Of a stretch of DNA of 64,000 bases, positions 1 through 10,622 are shown piece after piece. Origin of the DNA: Paucimonas sp. (GTDB lineage Bacteria > Pseudomonadota > Gammaproteobacteria > Burkholderiales > Burkholderiaceae_D). The translations under genes and the position numbers were made by a program. The stretch is taken from the NCBI GenBank assembly GCA_028292545.1, contig JAQGMC010000001.1:1408-65407 (forward strand), given 5' to 3'. Under the pieces are notes generated by a model, which made no database searches, had not been told where the DNA came from, and saw only the letters and a list, made by a program, of their open reading frames with translations. Each line of letters starts with the position of its first letter. Within the stretch, counting starts at the first letter, position 1.

Positions 1-49
1 TTGTCAGCAAGTCACTGTAAGACCCCAAACGACCGACAGGAGAAGCATC

Positions 50-637
50 ATGGGAACCATGACGGAAAAGCTTTCCCCCAGCATCACGAACATGATCCGG
101 ATGGACCACACCCATGTTCTGGCGACCTTTCACCAATACGAGGCCGACACCGCGCCCAAGACCAAGCAAGCGCTAGTCAACACCATCTGCGTCGCCCTGG
201 AAATTCATGCCCAGCTGGAAGAAGAAATTTTTTACCCAGCCCTGCGTTCAGTCGGCCGCCATCGCGAAACAATAGACAAGAGCCCCGGCGAACATGACGA
301 AATGCGCGAGCTGATTGAACGCTTGCGCGCAATGCGCCCCAGCGACACGTATTACGACGATACGGTCATGCAGTTGATGCGCACCGTCATGCATCACGTG
401 GCAGATGAAGAAACGATCCTGTTACCCGATGCGGAAGTGTGGCTCGCCGACCGGCTGGGCGAACTCGGCATGGAAATGACCAAGCGCCGCCTGCAGCTGG
501 CCGCACCCCGTGCTGGTGAAATCGCGTACAACACGGTGCGCGGCATGCCCACAACTTCGATGCTGGTGGCGGCGGGCGCGGTGCTCGCTGGCACTTACCT
601 GTTCAAACGCTCGGGCCGCACCCGCTGGCAGGCTTGA
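50..637 (+). CDS. Hemerythrin (HHE cation-binding) domain protein with C-terminal hydrophobic segment
   Basis: DH...H(AQL)EEEIFYP...EH...HHVADEE metal-ligand pattern; AGGAG upstream of the ATG. Confidence 0.85.
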   Translation: MGTMTEKLSPSITNMIRMDHTHVLATFHQYEADTAPKTKQALVNTICVALEIHAQLEEEIFYPALRSVGRHRETIDKSPGEHDEMRELIERLRAMRPSDTYYDDTVMQLMRTVMHHVADEETILLPDAEVWLADRLGELGMEMTKRRLQLAAPRAGEIAYNTVRGMPTTSMLVAAGAVLAGTYLFKRSGRTRWQA

Positions 638-665
638 TGTCGCCTGCTTGGTGCACGTCTTAGTC

Positions 666-712
666 CACGACTTGCCGCACGACTTACCGCACGCTTACCC
701 CACGACTTGCCG
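666..712. repeat. Imperfect 12-bp tandem repeat (CACGACTTGCCG) x4
   Basis: Read directly from the intergenic sequence. Confidence 0.8.
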
Positions 713-889
713 ACTGCCGCGACGCCTTGCTGAAGTCGCGGCAGGCCGCGCAAACTCCGGACTTGTGAAAATCAAAAGATCATAGCCAAACGACAGTGTT
801 TTGCGGGACAATCTTGTCCTGCCAAAATAGGGACTCTGCCCGCCTGGCTTCCATAGGTTTTTGATAACAACTACCGGAGAGACAATCAG

Positions 890-1969
890 ATGCAACGTCG
901 TTCCTTCCTCAAAAATGCGGCCGTCGGCGCCACGGTCAGCGCCGTTGCCGTCCCCGCCCTGGCCCAGACCCAGCCCACGGTCAACTGGCGCCTCGCTTCG
1001 AGTTTCCCGAAATCCCTGGACGTGCTGTTTGGCGCGGCTGATACCTTCAGCAAGCGGGTCTCAGCCCTTACCAACGGCAAATTCAATATCCGTCCTTTCG
1101 CGGCCGGAGAAATCATCCCCGCGCTGCAAGTGGTGGATGCAGTCCAGGCGGGCACGGTCGAAATGGGCCATACCGCTGGTTACTACTATTTCGGCAAGGA
1201 TCCCGCTTTTTGCTTCGACACGGCGCTGCCATTTGGCTTGACCGCACGCCAGCAAACCGCCTGGATGACGCAAGGCGGCGGCATGGCCCTGATGCGCGAC
1301 TTTTTCAAGGATTACGGCATCATCAATTTCCAGGGCGGTAATACCGGCACCCAGATGGGCGGCTGGTTCCGCAAGGAGATCAAGACGGTGCAGGACTTGA
1401 AAGGTTTGAAGATGCGCATCGCCGGCATGGCTGGCCGCGTCATGTCGCGCATGGGCGTGGTGCCGCAACAGGTGGCAGGCGGCGACATTTACCCGTCGCT
1501 GGAAAAAGGCACGATCGACGCTGCCGAATGGGTCGGTCCTTATGACGATGAAAAGCTGGGCTTCAACCGCGTTGCACCGTTCTACTACGCACCGGGCTGG
1601 TGGGAGCCGAGCGCGCAGTTGTCCTTCTATGTCGGCATCAAGGAATGGGAAAAGCTGCCCAAGGATTACCAGGCAGCGCTGGAAGCCGCGAGCATGGAAG
1701 CGCATACCGTCATGATGGCGGAATACGACGGTCGCAATCCGCAAGCGCTGGCCCGCTTGCTGAAAGCCGGCGTCAAGCTGCGCAGCTTCTCCAAGCCGAT
1801 CATGGAAGCGTCGTACAAGGAAGCCAACGCCGTGTTCGAGGAAGAATCCGCCAAGAACGCAAAGTTCAAGAAAATCTACGAGCCCTGGAAGCGCTTCCGC
1901 CAGGACATCAACCAGTGGTTTTCGGTGGGCGAAGTGCCAGTCCAGAACTTCATGCTGGGCAAGAAGTAA
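890..1969 (+). CDS. TRAP transporter substrate-binding protein (DctP/TakP type) with Tat signal
   Basis: RRSFLK twin-arginine signal; GNTGTQMGGWFRKEI, GLKMRI and IDAAEWVGPYDD motifs. Confidence 0.92.
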   Translation: MQRRSFLKNAAVGATVSAVAVPALAQTQPTVNWRLASSFPKSLDVLFGAADTFSKRVSALTNGKFNIRPFAAGEIIPALQVVDAVQAGTVEMGHTAGYYYFGKDPAFCFDTALPFGLTARQQTAWMTQGGGMALMRDFFKDYGIINFQGGNTGTQMGGWFRKEIKTVQDLKGLKMRIAGMAGRVMSRMGVVPQQVAGGDIYPSLEKGTIDAAEWVGPYDDEKLGFNRVAPFYYAPGWWEPSAQLSFYVGIKEWEKLPKDYQAALEAASMEAHTVMMAEYDGRNPQALARLLKAGVKLRSFSKPIMEASYKEANAVFEEESAKNAKFKKIYEPWKRFRQDINQWFSVGEVPVQNFMLGKK

Positions 1970-2046
1970 TTCCGGTCACTGCCGTGGAGAGTCTTTCACG
2001 GCAAGCCGCGGCCGGGCTGCCCCTGCAGCTGCGGCGCTGAAACCAG

Positions 2047-2080
2047 CCCCGTCATCCGCAAGGATGGCGGGGTTTTTTAT
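2047..2080 (+). terminator. Rho-independent terminator
   Basis: CCCCGTCATCC-GCAA-GGATGGCGGGG stem-loop followed by TTTTTT. Confidence 0.75.
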
Positions 2081-2097
2081 TCCTGCAAGGAGACGCC

Positions 2098-2562
2098 ATG
2101 CTGGACCAGCCACACATCACGCATTCTGCCGCCCAGGCAACCGCCGTCATCCGCCTGACCATTCCGCGCGACCAGATACGGCTGACGATGCAGCCTGCCA
2201 TTTCCGAATTGATGTCCACGCTTGCTGCGCAGGGCATTGCGCCGGCTGGCCCGCGCTTTTCGCATCATTTGCGCATGGACCCGGATGGTTTCGACTTCGA
2301 GGTCGGCGTGCCGGTTGCCACGCCGGTTTCCGCCGCAGGGCGCGTCCAGCCCGGGCAGTTGCCGGCAACCCGCGTTGCGCGCACGGTCTATAGCGGGCCC
2401 TATGAAAAGCTGGGCGAGGCCTGGGGCGAATTCATCGCCTGGATCAAATCCGAAGGGTATGTGATGGGCGAAGACCTTTGGGAAAGTTATGTGAGCGGCC
2501 CCGAAGATGGCGCCGACCCGATGGGCTGGCGCACCGAACTCAACCGCCCGTTGCGCGGCTAG
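2098..2562 (+). CDS. GyrI-like small-molecule-binding domain protein
   Basis: FDFEVGVPV, VARTVYSGPYEKLGEAW and WESY...WRTEL motifs; AAGGAG RBS. Confidence 0.85.
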   Translation: MLDQPHITHSAAQATAVIRLTIPRDQIRLTMQPAISELMSTLAAQGIAPAGPRFSHHLRMDPDGFDFEVGVPVATPVSAAGRVQPGQLPATRVARTVYSGPYEKLGEAWGEFIAWIKSEGYVMGEDLWESYVSGPEDGADPMGWRTELNRPLRG

Positions 2563-2747
2563 CCTGGGGACGAAAGCCCGCCCAGGTTGGCGGCACGGTA
2601 GGGGCGCCGTGCGCCGCATCGCAACTTGCATGACCTTTGCGCCAGGCGCATGCATTTGCGTCCCCGCCGTCTAAGATTTGTATGAAGGACCGCGCGCTGG
2701 CGCACGGCGATCCGGCCGGCCATGGTCCGCCCCAAGGAGCACCGGCA

Positions 2748-3671
2748 ATGCAGGCAAGCAGGCAGGGCTGGCGCAGGCTGCTGGCAATCGCAAGCCTGGT
2801 CTTGTGCAGCGCCGCGCCATCGGCATGGGCCGCAAACGGCGCGCAAGCCGATTCAGCGCCTTTGCTGCGGCAGAAATACCAGGCCTTGAAGGAAAATCTC
2901 GGGGCCAACCAGTTCGGGCGCCCCTTGCACCTGGAATCAGTAGAAACGCCCTCCAGCCTGGAAGGCGATATCTTCGCCCGCATCGACCATCCGTTTCCCG
3001 CGCTGCGCGCCGCACTGTCCCGCCCGGAAGGCTGGTGCGAGGTGCTGATCCTGCATATCAACGTCAAATACTGCCGCGTCCCGGGCGATGCGGCGCCGGC
3101 GCGCTTGCTGGTGAAAGCCGGCAGGAAGGAATTCCAGTCGCTTGAGCGCGCGCATACGGCGCTGTTCCGCTTCAATCTCGATGCCGCCGAAGCTTCCTGG
3201 TTCCAGGCCAGCCTGGCGGCGCCGACCGGGCCGCTGGGCACGCGCAATTACAAGGTGCTCGTAAGCGCGATACCACTGAGCGCGAACCAGGCTTTCCTGC
3301 ACCTGCGCTATTCCTATGAATTCGGCAATATCGGCGCAATGGCGATGTCGGCCTACCTTGGGAGCGCCGGGCGCGACAAGGTCGGCTTCACCATCGTCGG
3401 CCGTGATGCCGAAGGCAAGCCCGAATATATAAAAGGTCCGCGCGGCATCGTCGAGCGCAATGCCATGCGCTATTACTTGGCTATCGACGCCGTGCTCGGG
3501 GCGCTGGGCTTGCCGCCGCAGCAGCAACAGCAAGCGCGCCTGGCAACATGGTTTGCAGGCACCGAACAATATGCGCTGCAATTGCATGAACTGCCGCGCG
3601 CCGACTATTTCGACATCAAGCGGCGCGAACTGGCGCGGCAGCAGGAAGTGGCGCCGGAAACCATCGAATGA
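2748..3671 (+). CDS. Conserved exported hypothetical protein
   Basis: Signal peptide ending SAWA; AAGGAG before the 2748 ATG (start inferred; ORF is open from 2637). Confidence 0.65.
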   Translation: MQASRQGWRRLLAIASLVLCSAAPSAWAANGAQADSAPLLRQKYQALKENLGANQFGRPLHLESVETPSSLEGDIFARIDHPFPALRAALSRPEGWCEVLILHINVKYCRVPGDAAPARLLVKAGRKEFQSLERAHTALFRFNLDAAEASWFQASLAAPTGPLGTRNYKVLVSAIPLSANQAFLHLRYSYEFGNIGAMAMSAYLGSAGRDKVGFTIVGRDAEGKPEYIKGPRGIVERNAMRYYLAIDAVLGALGLPPQQQQQARLATWFAGTEQYALQLHELPRADYFDIKRRELARQQEVAPETIE

Positions 3672-3695
3672 ACCGGTGCGCGGGCCGGTCTCGAT

Positions 3696-4094
3696 TCAAG
3701 CGGTGGGGGAGGGTGGTTCCGGGCGCAGGTGGCCGCCTTCATTGTCCCAGGCAGCCGTCTCCGGCGTGTCGCTGCCATTGCCGGGCGCTCGATAATGGAT
3801 CGTCGTTTTCACGGCCTGGTCAACCTCTTCCGGCGTGATCAGCGCCGTGGTTTTGCAGATCACAGAGCCGCTCGCATTGACATGCAAGGTCAGTGCTTCG
3901 GCCAGCGCGTTATCCGGCAATTCGCCGATGATGACGACATCCTTGTCGCCGAAGGCGTAATAGAAAGCTTCCACCTTGCCACCGAGCGATTCGAACAAGC
4001 GCTGGATTTCGGCGCGCCGCTTGCTGCCACCCTCCTTGAGCAGGCCGCGATAGCCTTGCCGGGCATAGTTGGCTTCGACCAGAAATTTCGCCAT
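3696..4094 (-). CDS. GYD domain protein
   Basis: ESLGGKVEAFYYAFGDKDVVII family motif; GAGGAG RBS. Confidence 0.8.
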   Translation of the reverse strand: MAKFLVEANYARQGYRGLLKEGGSKRRAEIQRLFESLGGKVEAFYYAFGDKDVVIIGELPDNALAEALTLHVNASGSVICKTTALITPEEVDQAVKTTIHYRAPGNGSDTPETAAWDNEGGHLRPEPPSPTA

Positions 4095-4358
4095 GTGCCG
4101 CTCCTCGTTTGCGCTACCGGGTTCAATAAAACCAATGTAGGCGGCGCGAGCCTGCGCGGGCCGTCACATGCGCCGAAGCTTGATTGGGATCGAAAAACCA
4201 CCTCGCACGTCAGGGGATGGGAACGATCAAATGCTCCCCGACCAAACGGGCGAATACGGATGAAAAAACGGCGGCGTTGCCCGCGGTAAGGTATCTTGTG
4301 TGCCTTATCAAGGTCCTGCTTCGATTGGAACAGGATAATGACCAGACTGTTTGCCTAG

Positions 4359-4775
<417 letters not shown>

Positions 4776-5072
4776 GAAGCGCCTGCCGCAACCGGCGCGG
4801 ACATCCGCATTGCCCGGGTGGCGCCGACCCCTGGTCGACATTTCGACAAAGTCCTGCAATTTCCCGGCCAGGTTGGACTGGTCGGGTATGACTGCGTCTG
4901 CACTATCTTCGTATGAAGTTCAAGTCCGCTACCACTTGCCCAATCCCTGAATTTTCCTGCGCTTGGACCCGAATGTTGTACCAGCACAAGAAATTTTGCG
5001 GTGGCAAGCCCGCATGACAGCTTAGTGACAGCTTCGCGGCCTAGTATCGATAGCGGATGTCTCCGTTGGATT

Positions 5073-5110
5073 GCCCCACCCGCCGCAAGGCGGTGTGGGG
5101 CTTTTTTTTT
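5073..5110 (+). terminator. Rho-independent terminator, possibly of a small RNA
   Basis: GCCCCAC-CCGCC-GCAA-GGCGG-TGTGGGGC followed by a T9 tract. Confidence 0.8.
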
Positions 5111-5131
5111 GCCTGTGACAGGCTTGCCGGC

Positions 5132-5842
5132 TTACTTGGAGCCGGCGTCAGATTTACCACTGCTGCTGGCGCCGCCGCTGGCTCCACTGCTGGCGCCGCC
5201 GGCACCACTGCTGGCGCTGGCTGGTTTGGCCTTCATCGACTGCGCAATTTCAAGGTGCTTGTCGATGGCAGGTTGCAGTTTGGCCGCCAAAGCTTTCAAG
5301 TCCACATCCTTAGCTTTTGCCTGGATGTCTTGCACCAGTTTGTGGGTTTTCTTGTGATCGGACACGCCGCCTTGTTCTATATACATCTTGTCGAAGCGCT
5401 CGGGCGATAGTTTGTCCAGCGTGGCCATCATGCCGCGGTGCTTGGCATCCGGCTCCTTGGGCAGGGTCACGCCCTTGGAGTCAGCCAGCGTCTGCACTTC
5501 CTTCAGTGCCGCGCCGTGCTCATCGACCATCTTTTGGGCAAAAGCTTTCACATCGGCGTTCTGGCTTTTCTTCAGGGCGACTTCACCCGTCTTCACTTCG
5601 GCCATGTTGGCCTGGGCCAGTTCGCCCAGCATTTTCTGGTCGGCGCGCCGCATCGGGCTGCCTTTGCCACTGGTGCCGGAGCTGGCAGCTTCCTTCGTCT
5701 GGGTGCTGCCCGCGGCCTGGGCCGGCTTGCTGCTGGACTGATCGGTGGTACTGGCAGACTGGGCAGCGGCCGGGCCCGTCCAGGCCAATGCCGTCAGCAG
5801 GGCCAGGCTCAGTAAACGAAGGGAAAATTGTTGCTTGCGCAT
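5132..5842 (-). CDS. DUF4142 domain exported protein
   Basis: Signal peptide; ANMAEV...DVKAFAQKMVDEH...FDKMYI...DH pattern; AGGAG RBS before MRKQQ. Confidence 0.85.
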   Translation of the reverse strand: MRKQQFSLRLLSLALLTALAWTGPAAAQSASTTDQSSSKPAQAAGSTQTKEAASSGTSGKGSPMRRADQKMLGELAQANMAEVKTGEVALKKSQNADVKAFAQKMVDEHGAALKEVQTLADSKGVTLPKEPDAKHRGMMATLDKLSPERFDKMYIEQGGVSDHKKTHKLVQDIQAKAKDVDLKALAAKLQPAIDKHLEIAQSMKAKPASASSGAGGASSGASGGASSSGKSDAGSK

Positions 5843-6199
5843 AGGGTTTCTCCTGGTGGTTGTTGGACGTGCTGCGAGTGAAGTGAACGGCAGATTAGGC
5901 AATCGTCATGCCAACGGATGACTGCAAGAGCGCAGTCGGTAAAAGCGGGATCCGGCGTGAAAAGCAGGCAGGAATTACAAGCCCAGGCAGAACGATGTGG
6001 ATCCCATGCCCGGCGTTGAAAGCGCGGAAGCATCCGCGGTCTATAGTCAGCGGAGCGCCGGTATTCAAGGGCAGGCCCCGCCGCCCGCGCAAGCGCTACA
6101 AAACCTTGAATTTGCGCAGTATTTGCCTGCGTCATGTTGCGAACTTAGAAATCGTGCCGGTGTCCTACAGGCTGACTGGCTGTATATGGCAGGAAACCC

Positions 6200-7999
6200 A
6201 TGCGTGAGCATTCAGACCCACATATTCCTGCGATTTCAACGCCTGGGCTCAACGAGCCGGCCGAGATTGAAGAGGAGCAGGAACCCGCCAGGCGCGAAGT
6301 GCCGGGCAGGAGTGAAGCGACTTTGCGGCTTGCCGCGACGGCTGCCAATCTTGGCTTGTGGGACCTCGATCCCGCTACCGGTGAAATTTCCGGCAATGCA
6401 ATCCTTAGCCGCTTGTATGGCTTGCCCGCTGAACGCCCGGGCCGCGCGGCGGACTTCCATGCGGCAGTGCATCCGGAAGACCGCGGCCGCGTCGAATCGG
6501 CGCTCGTCAAATTGCGCAAGGACCCGGGTTCGCGCCTGGACCTGGAGTTTCGCATCCTGCGCCACGACGATGGCAGCCTGCGCTGGCTGCACTCCACCGG
6601 CTCGTGGGTGAGTGATGGCCGCGCGCGCCGCTTCATCGGTATCACCCTCGATATCACGGACAGCAAACTCGCTGAGCAGCGCCTGCGCGAGGCTTCACAG
6701 CATGATCCCTTGACCGGTCTTCCTGGACGCGGGCTGCTGTTTGAATACTGCAGCCATTTGCTGGCAATGGCGCGCCGCACACGCAGCAATGGCGCGATGC
6801 TATTCATCGACCTCGATCGCTTCAAACCGATCAACGACACGCATGGCCATGGCGTAGGCGACCAGGTGCTGCAGCAAGTGGCCAAGCGGCTGGTGAATTG
6901 CGTGCGCGAGGAAGACATTACAGGCCGCCTGGGCGGCGACGAATTCGTGGTCGCCATACCGCATCCCGACGATTGCTACGGCCCGGCGATCGTGGCCCAG
7001 AACATCATCCGCTCGCTTGAGCAACCCTTCCACGTCGGCAACCTGCAATTGCACCTGTCGGCGTCGATTGGCATCAGCCTCTATCCGCGCCACGGCAGTG
7101 ACCTCGACAGCCTGCTGAAGGCGGCCGACCATGCGATGTACCTGGCCAAGGAAGGCGGGCGCAACCGCTACCGTTTCTTCAATCCGCTTGACGATGGCAG
7201 CGACGAACGCGAAGCGCAGGTTGAAACCCTGTTGCGCCAGGCGCTCGACAATGAAGGCTTGCAACTGCATTACCAGCCCATCGTCGACCTGCAGACTGGC
7301 ATGACAGTGGGTGCGGAAGCCCTGGTGCGGCTGCAGGGCGCGCAGGGCGATTTGCTCAGTCCCGATGTTTTCCTGCCAGTGGCTGAATCCTCGGGCTTGA
7401 TCAACCGCCTGGGCGAATGGGTATTGTCCGAGGTCGGACGCCAGCATGTGCGCTGGCGCCAGTCAGGACTGCCGCCGATGGCAATCTCGGTCAACATCGC
7501 TCCACAACAGTTCCGCCAGCGCAGCTTCGTCACGCAATTGAGTGAAAGCCTGGACAAGTCCGGCATGGACCCCGCGTTCCTTGAAATCGAGTTGAAGGAA
7601 AGCACGGTGCTGGAAGACGTGCCAGAGGCAATTGCGGCCCTGGTACAGATTCGCAAGCTTGGCGTCCAAGTGGCGCTTGACGACTTCGGCAGCGGGTTTT
7701 CCAGCATTGGTTTCCTGAGTTCGCTCCCGGTCGACAAGTTGAAGATTGACCAGGTGTTCGTGCAGTCAATCGGACGCGACCGCCAGTCGCAAGCCATCGC
7801 CGATACCGTGCTGGCGCTGGGGCGGAGCTTGAAATTGAAAGTGGTCGGCGAAGGCATTGAATCAGCCGATGTATTCGCCTACCTGCAAGACCATGGCTGC
7901 AACCAGGCGCAAGGCTACTATTTCAGCGAGCCGCTGTCCGCCGCTGAGTTCGAACAGTGGTGCAGGCAGGAACAGAGTCACGCGCAATCTGTCCATTGA
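6200..7999 (+). CDS. PAS-GGDEF-EAL diguanylate cyclase/phosphodiesterase
   Basis: VHPEDR PAS motif; intact GGDEF; EAL and DDFGSG motifs. Confidence 0.93.
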   Translation: MREHSDPHIPAISTPGLNEPAEIEEEQEPARREVPGRSEATLRLAATAANLGLWDLDPATGEISGNAILSRLYGLPAERPGRAADFHAAVHPEDRGRVESALVKLRKDPGSRLDLEFRILRHDDGSLRWLHSTGSWVSDGRARRFIGITLDITDSKLAEQRLREASQHDPLTGLPGRGLLFEYCSHLLAMARRTRSNGAMLFIDLDRFKPINDTHGHGVGDQVLQQVAKRLVNCVREEDITGRLGGDEFVVAIPHPDDCYGPAIVAQNIIRSLEQPFHVGNLQLHLSASIGISLYPRHGSDLDSLLKAADHAMYLAKEGGRNRYRFFNPLDDGSDEREAQVETLLRQALDNEGLQLHYQPIVDLQTGMTVGAEALVRLQGAQGDLLSPDVFLPVAESSGLINRLGEWVLSEVGRQHVRWRQSGLPPMAISVNIAPQQFRQRSFVTQLSESLDKSGMDPAFLEIELKESTVLEDVPEAIAALVQIRKLGVQVALDDFGSGFSSIGFLSSLPVDKLKIDQVFVQSIGRDRQSQAIADTVLALGRSLKLKVVGEGIESADVFAYLQDHGCNQAQGYYFSEPLSAAEFEQWCRQEQSHAQSVH

Positions 8000-8032
8000 C
8001 GCTACGAGCACTCATTTTCAGGAAGGGGAGTC

Positions 8033-8455
8033 ATGGCGATTGTGCGCATAGCAACAACCGAAGTGCAGGTGGACGATACGGTTTACCTGTTCAACAGTGC
8101 AATGGATGCCGACCGGTTCGAAGCCTGCGCGGCAACGGTGGATGTGTCGCATTGCGAACGCGATTATCCACCCTTTGCCAAGCGGGCCAAGCTGGCCAGC
8201 ACTGCTGTCCACTTCACCGACGAAGCCACGCCAGCCGAAGATGGCGGCGTCTACTTCAAGGCGATCGTCGAGGGCCGGCCGGTGCGCTGCCAGGTCAGCC
8301 TGGAAGCGCTGGAACGGCATTTCAATGAACCCGGCACGCGGCCGGTGGATGCCTACTTGCGCGGACGCGAAAAAATCCATGCCGTGGCCGAACGCATGCT
8401 GCGCAAGAAACCCGGCGAGCATGTGCTGATTCGTTCGGCTGATATCGGGGGATAA
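8033..8455 (+). CDS. Hypothetical protein with DUF1488-like C-terminal domain
   Basis: VYFKAIVEGRPVRCQVSLEALERHF; GGGGAG RBS. Confidence 0.7.
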   Translation: MAIVRIATTEVQVDDTVYLFNSAMDADRFEACAATVDVSHCERDYPPFAKRAKLASTAVHFTDEATPAEDGGVYFKAIVEGRPVRCQVSLEALERHFNEPGTRPVDAYLRGREKIHAVAERMLRKKPGEHVLIRSADIGG

Positions 8456-8491
8456 GCGCGGTTAAGCGCGGTTAAGCGCGGTCAAGCGCGG
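8453..8491. repeat. 10-bp tandem repeat (TAAGCGCGGT) x4 starting at the stop codon
   Basis: Read directly from the sequence. Confidence 0.85.
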
Positions 8492-8534
8492 CTGCGCGCG
8501 GCGGGTTGCTTGTCGCAATCGGCGATCGGTTATT

Positions 8535-9905
8535 TCACCGAACGCGGGGCGGCCCGAGCGGGAAACTGACTGACACGACGGTGCCATAGCCAACGTCGCG
8601 GGTGCGTACGTCTATTTTTGCATCGTGGTCGGTGGCAATGTCGCGCACGATGGCCAAGCCCAGGCCGGTGCCAGCTATCTTGTCGTCCAACCGGTAAAAG
8701 CGGTCGAACACTTTTTCGCGGTCAGCCGCTGCAATACCCGGACCATTGTCTTCCACCCGCAATACGCCGCTGCCTTCTTCGACGCAGGTACGTACCGTCA
8801 CGGTCGCCCATTGCGGCGAGTAGCGGATGGCATTGTCGATCAGGTTATCCACCAGGTCGCGTAGCAGGAAACGGTCGCCGAAAACCTGGGTCGGATTCAA
8901 GTCAAAGCCGATGTCGATGTGTTTCTTGTCGGCTTCCTGCACGAAATGCTGGACCGATTCTTCCACCACCTTGTGCAAGTCCACGGTTTCCAGCCGCTTT
9001 TTCTCGAACTGGGTCGGCTCCGCCCGCGCCAGGGCCAGCAACTGGTTGGTCTGGCGGATCATGCGGTCCAGCGACGACATCATCATGCCAGTGGAATGCG
9101 CCGCTTCCTGATCGCTGCCATAGCGCTGGCGCATCCAGGCCAGCTGGGTCTTCCAGCCCGACAGCGGCGTGCGCAACTGGTGCGCAACATTGGCCAGGAA
9201 ATCCTGCTGCGCCTGACGGCCCTTGAAGGTGCGGTCCAGCAAACCATTCAAGGCCAGCACCAGCGGTTGCAGTTCAACCGGATGGCCGGCTTCGTCGATG
9301 CCGCTCAGGTTGTGCGGATCTTTTTCATTGAGCTGGGCGCGCATGCGCTGTAGTGGCGCCAGGCCGATCCCCACGCCGATCCAGGCGATGGCGACGTACA
9401 ACACCGCCATCAGCGCTTGCTCCAGCAGCAGCTGCCACAGGATTTCATTGCGCACGCGGTCGCGGGTGATCACGGTTTCTGCCACGCCGATCAGCACATG
9501 GCTTTCCTGCAGCTTGACCCGCATCGTCACCATGCGCACCGGCAGGCCGCGCATGACGGCGTTTTGCGCCAGCGGTTCGCGCAGGCGCGCGGGCTGGCCC
9601 AGCGCCGGAAAATCGGCGTCGCCAGCCAGCGTGCGGCCGGCTTCATCGCGAATGGTGAAGAAAATCATGTCGAACTGGTCCATGCGCAGGAATTGCTCAG
9701 TCTGCTTGGACAGGTTGGCTTCCACGCCGTGTTTGCGGTCCGACAGGCTGGGCACCAGCGACCAGGCGGCGTCGGCCAGGCTCTGGTCAAAAGCGGCCTG
9801 GGTCGGTTTCCACGCGGTCCAGTAAGCCAGTCCTGCCGCCACCATATTGATGGCCAGAAGCGGCAGGATCAGCCACTTCAGCAGGGACAGGCGGATGCTT
9901 TTCAT
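8535..9905 (-). CDS. Sensor histidine kinase (TctE/QseC-like)
   Basis: AHQLRTPL H-box, NLIDNAIRY N-box, DNGPGI and GTGLGL G-boxes; two TM segments. Confidence 0.92.
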   Translation of the reverse strand: MKSIRLSLLKWLILPLLAINMVAAGLAYWTAWKPTQAAFDQSLADAAWSLVPSLSDRKHGVEANLSKQTEQFLRMDQFDMIFFTIRDEAGRTLAGDADFPALGQPARLREPLAQNAVMRGLPVRMVTMRVKLQESHVLIGVAETVITRDRVRNEILWQLLLEQALMAVLYVAIAWIGVGIGLAPLQRMRAQLNEKDPHNLSGIDEAGHPVELQPLVLALNGLLDRTFKGRQAQQDFLANVAHQLRTPLSGWKTQLAWMRQRYGSDQEAAHSTGMMMSSLDRMIRQTNQLLALARAEPTQFEKKRLETVDLHKVVEESVQHFVQEADKKHIDIGFDLNPTQVFGDRFLLRDLVDNLIDNAIRYSPQWATVTVRTCVEEGSGVLRVEDNGPGIAAADREKVFDRFYRLDDKIAGTGLGLAIVRDIATDHDAKIDVRTRDVGYGTVVSVSFPLGPPRVR

Positions 9906-10576
9906 GGAGATCGTTTTTCCAGCATATAGCCGAAGCCGCGGATGGTGCGGATGCTCAGGTCGGCTGCTGCTGTCTTGATGCGGATGCGGGACACATACAC
10001 TTCCACCGCATTCTCGCTTAATTCCTCACCCCATTGCAGGATGGCATCCATGATCTGCTGCTTGGAGACGACCCGTCCAGCCTGGCGCATCAAATATTCA
10101 AGCACCGCCCATTCACGCGCAGACAATTCCAGGCCATCCGAGCCAATCCGCGCGCGCTTGGCCAGCAAGTCCAGCACCAGGCCGCCGGCTTCCAGTTCGC
10201 TGGTCTTCGCAGTCGAGCGCCGGATCAGCGCCCGCATGCGCGCTACCAGTTCGCTGGTGTCGAAGGGCTTGACCAGGTAATCGTCCGCGCCCAGCTCCAG
10301 GCCGTGCACCCGGTCCTGCACTGCATCGCGCGCGGTCAGCAGCAATACCGGCACTGTGCTGCCGCGCGCGCGCAGCCGTCGCAGCAGGGCAAAGCCATCT
10401 ATGCCGGGCAAGCCGATATCCAGCACCAGCATCGTGAACTGGGTGCGCTGCAGGATAGTGTCGGCCTCGGTGCCGCTATGGGCCATCTCCACCACCATGC
10501 CATTGTCTTTCAGGATGCGGGAAATGCCATCGGCCAGTACCAGGTCATCTTCGACAAGCAGGACACGCATATTCAT
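9902..10576 (-). CDS. OmpR-family response regulator (TctD/QseB-like)
   Basis: VLLVEDD, LDIGLPGIDG, GADDYLVKPF and RTIRGFGY motifs. Confidence 0.92.
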   Translation of the reverse strand: MNMRVLLVEDDLVLADGISRILKDNGMVVEMAHSGTEADTILQRTQFTMLVLDIGLPGIDGFALLRRLRARGSTVPVLLLTARDAVQDRVHGLELGADDYLVKPFDTSELVARMRALIRRSTAKTSELEAGGLVLDLLAKRARIGSDGLELSAREWAVLEYLMRQAGRVVSKQQIMDAILQWGEELSENAVEVYVSRIRIKTAAADLSIRTIRGFGYMLEKRSP

Positions 10577-10622
10577 TGCTTGCAACCTTCATCAAAAGGG
10601 CAGGGCGGGGAAGATACGGCAA

